Part shown: in pieces, positions 62,630 through 64,000 of the stretch | Position numbering within the stretch: the stretch's first letter is position 1 | Layout of the letters: every line of letters begins with the position of its first letter | IMG/VR virus record: IMGVR_UViG_3300027770_001980 | Location: 1-64,000 of that record | Strand: one strand, 5' to 3' | Length of the DNA stretch: 64,000 nt | Made by a program: the position numbers and the translations under genes | Notes under the pieces: generated by a model | Told to the model about the DNA's origin: nothing | What the model saw: the letters and a program-made list of their open reading frames with translations, nothing else | Database searches by the model: none

Positions 62630-63196
62630 ATGGCCGACGAAGAAGTCAAAATGAGCGCAAGCGAGAAGAAAAAAGAAGATTGGATGAATTCAAAATGGCG
62701 TCCAATGATGGGCTGGATGTACATGTCCGTATGTACTTTTGATTTTGTACTTGCACCTGTTATGTGGAGTCTATTACAAAGTCTAAGCCACGGATCTGTG
62801 CAAACACAATGGCAACCATTGACGTTACAAGGTGCTGGTTTATTCCACATCGCAATGGGTGCTGTTCTTGGTATTGCTGCACACGGTCGTACACAGGAAA
62901 AACTAAATGGTGCTAACAACGGTGGAATGCAACTCCCTTCTAATGCAGGAACTACATATGTTCCACCGGGAGCAACACCACAAGCAGGAGGTATGAACAA
63001 TGGCGGATTCAATGTACAAACAAGCAGTCCGTCAGCATTTGGCTCTCAGGCAGCAGGAGGAGTTAGCAACTCCGGTGGATTTGGCGCATCAGCACCAACA
63101 GGCTTTAATAGCAATCCAGGCTTTGGACCGCCTGCGGTTACTACAGGATTTGGAGGAAAACCAGCACCTGTACAACCACCACAACCTTTACTATAA
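62630..63196 (+). CDS. putative 3-TM holin with low-complexity tail
   Basis: WRPMMGW...WQPLTLQGAGLFH.AMGAVLG. Confidence 0.6.
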   Translation: MADEEVKMSASEKKKEDWMNSKWRPMMGWMYMSVCTFDFVLAPVMWSLLQSLSHGSVQTQWQPLTLQGAGLFHIAMGAVLGIAAHGRTQEKLNGANNGGMQLPSNAGTTYVPPGATPQAGGMNNGGFNVQTSSPSAFGSQAAGGVSNSGGFGASAPTGFNSNPGFGPPAVTTGFGGKPAPVQPPQPLL

Positions 63197-63205
63197 GGAG
63201 TAGGT

Positions 63206-63328
63206 ATGTTAGAAACATTATTTTGGATCATCGTTGGAGCATTTATAGGATGGAATTTTCCACAACCTGCTTATGCTAAAATGCTACAAGAAAAATACTT
63301 ACAAAAGTATATAGATAAATTTAAATAG
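63206..63328 (+). CDS. small membrane protein (40 aa)
   Basis: AAGGAG RBS; MLETLFWIIVGAFIGWNFPQP. Confidence 0.55.
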   Translation: MLETLFWIIVGAFIGWNFPQPAYAKMLQEKYLQKYIDKFK

Positions 63329-63336
63329 GAGTTGGT

Positions 63337-63546
63337 ATGAATAAACTATTAGAAATATTGTTATTAAGCATGGTAGTCAGCACAGCATATGCTGGTGGCG
63401 AGATGAAAGAAGTATGCCACGATAAAATGGACAAGGCCGGCAAGCCTGTAATGAAGAACGGTCAGCCCGTTCAAGAGTGTAAGAAAATCAAAGTGCATAA
63501 GAAATTAGAAGGCACCGCGGTTCCAGAGGATAAGAAAAAGAAATAA
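63337..63546 (+). CDS. small exported basic protein
   Basis: Signal peptide, two Cys. Confidence 0.6.
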   Translation: MNKLLEILLLSMVVSTAYAGGEMKEVCHDKMDKAGKPVMKNGQPVQECKKIKVHKKLEGTAVPEDKKKK

Positions 63547-63604
63547 AAGTTCTTGACATCACTCGGAAGGTATAGTATAATTACTACTATACCTTTTTTC
63601 TATT

Positions 63605-64000
63605 ATGGATCATTATACAACTTTAGGCGTTGACAGAAACGCAGGACCAGAAGACATCAAGCAGGCCTATCGAAAATTGGCCATGAAACATCACCCTGAC
63701 CGAAATGGCGGAGATGATAGCAAATTCAAACAACTACAGGAAGCATACGATACCTTGAGTGATCCGGGCAAACGTCAACAATACGACAACCCAATGCCAC
63801 AAGGTTTCCACGGTGGACCTCCTCCGGGATTTGAAGACATGTTCTCACATATGTTTGGAGGAAATCATCCATTTGGCGACATATTTGGACGTAGGCCACA
63901 ACCTGTGAGAAACAGGAATTTGAATATGCAAACAGATATTACCTTTGAAGAGTCATTCTTTGGTAAGAATCTCATTGCCACTATCCAACTACCGTCGGGT
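63605..64000 (+). CDS. dnaJ: DnaJ-class J-domain protein (partial)
   Basis: HYTTLGV...[16 protein letters not shown]; G/F-rich linker; runs off the window. Confidence 0.9.
   Translation, partial: MDHYTTLGVDRNAGPEDIKQAYRKLAMKHHPDRNGGDDSKFKQLQEAYDTLSDPGKRQQYDNPMPQGFHGGPPPGFEDMFSHMFGGNHPFGDIFGRRPQPVRNRNLNMQTDITFEESFFGKNLIATIQLPSG

Overview
This is a 64-kb fragment of a large, AT-rich, T4-like tailed phage genome. The host is probably proteobacterial, judged from IscU and RpoZ sequence type and consensus sigma70 promoters. Layout: 0.3-5.0 kb, a glycan/small-molecule modification cluster (B12-dependent radical SAM, GT2, HAD-nucleotidyltransferase fusion, FkbM methyltransferase, phosphodiesterase). 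5.1-18.9 kb, an array of about 42 tRNA genes covering all 20 amino acids, interleaved with tRNA-like RNAs, unannotated structured RNAs, homing endonucleases, glycosyltransferase morons and rpoZ. 18.9-46 kb, a DUF2828 (Ro60/TROVE-like vWA) gene and early/auxiliary genes (kinase, phosphoesterase, SleB, iscA/iscU, folE, queD, clpP, uvsE, sugar-nucleotide enzymes). 46-64 kb, tail fibre, DnaE fragment, GroES, clamp loader, phoH, lysis genes, an autotransporter-like protein and partial dnaJ. The most interesting signals are in the tRNA array. (1) A 48-codon leader peptide uses all 20 amino acids and 32 different codons in its first 37 codons and overlaps a terminator/antiterminator, suggesting a pan-tRNA-sensing attenuator. 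(2) Seven covarying 'helix + CAGCAA' RNAs, several with anticodon-loop mimics, end immediately upstream of the Ro60-like gene. (3) At least six cassettes are bracketed by related inverted-repeat stalks and carry tRNA-fragment-like cargo. (4) A tRNA-Arg(UCU) is split by an endonuclease cassette that brings its own replacement tRNA. All calls were made by eye; no database searches or folding programs were run, and coordinates may be off by a few bases.
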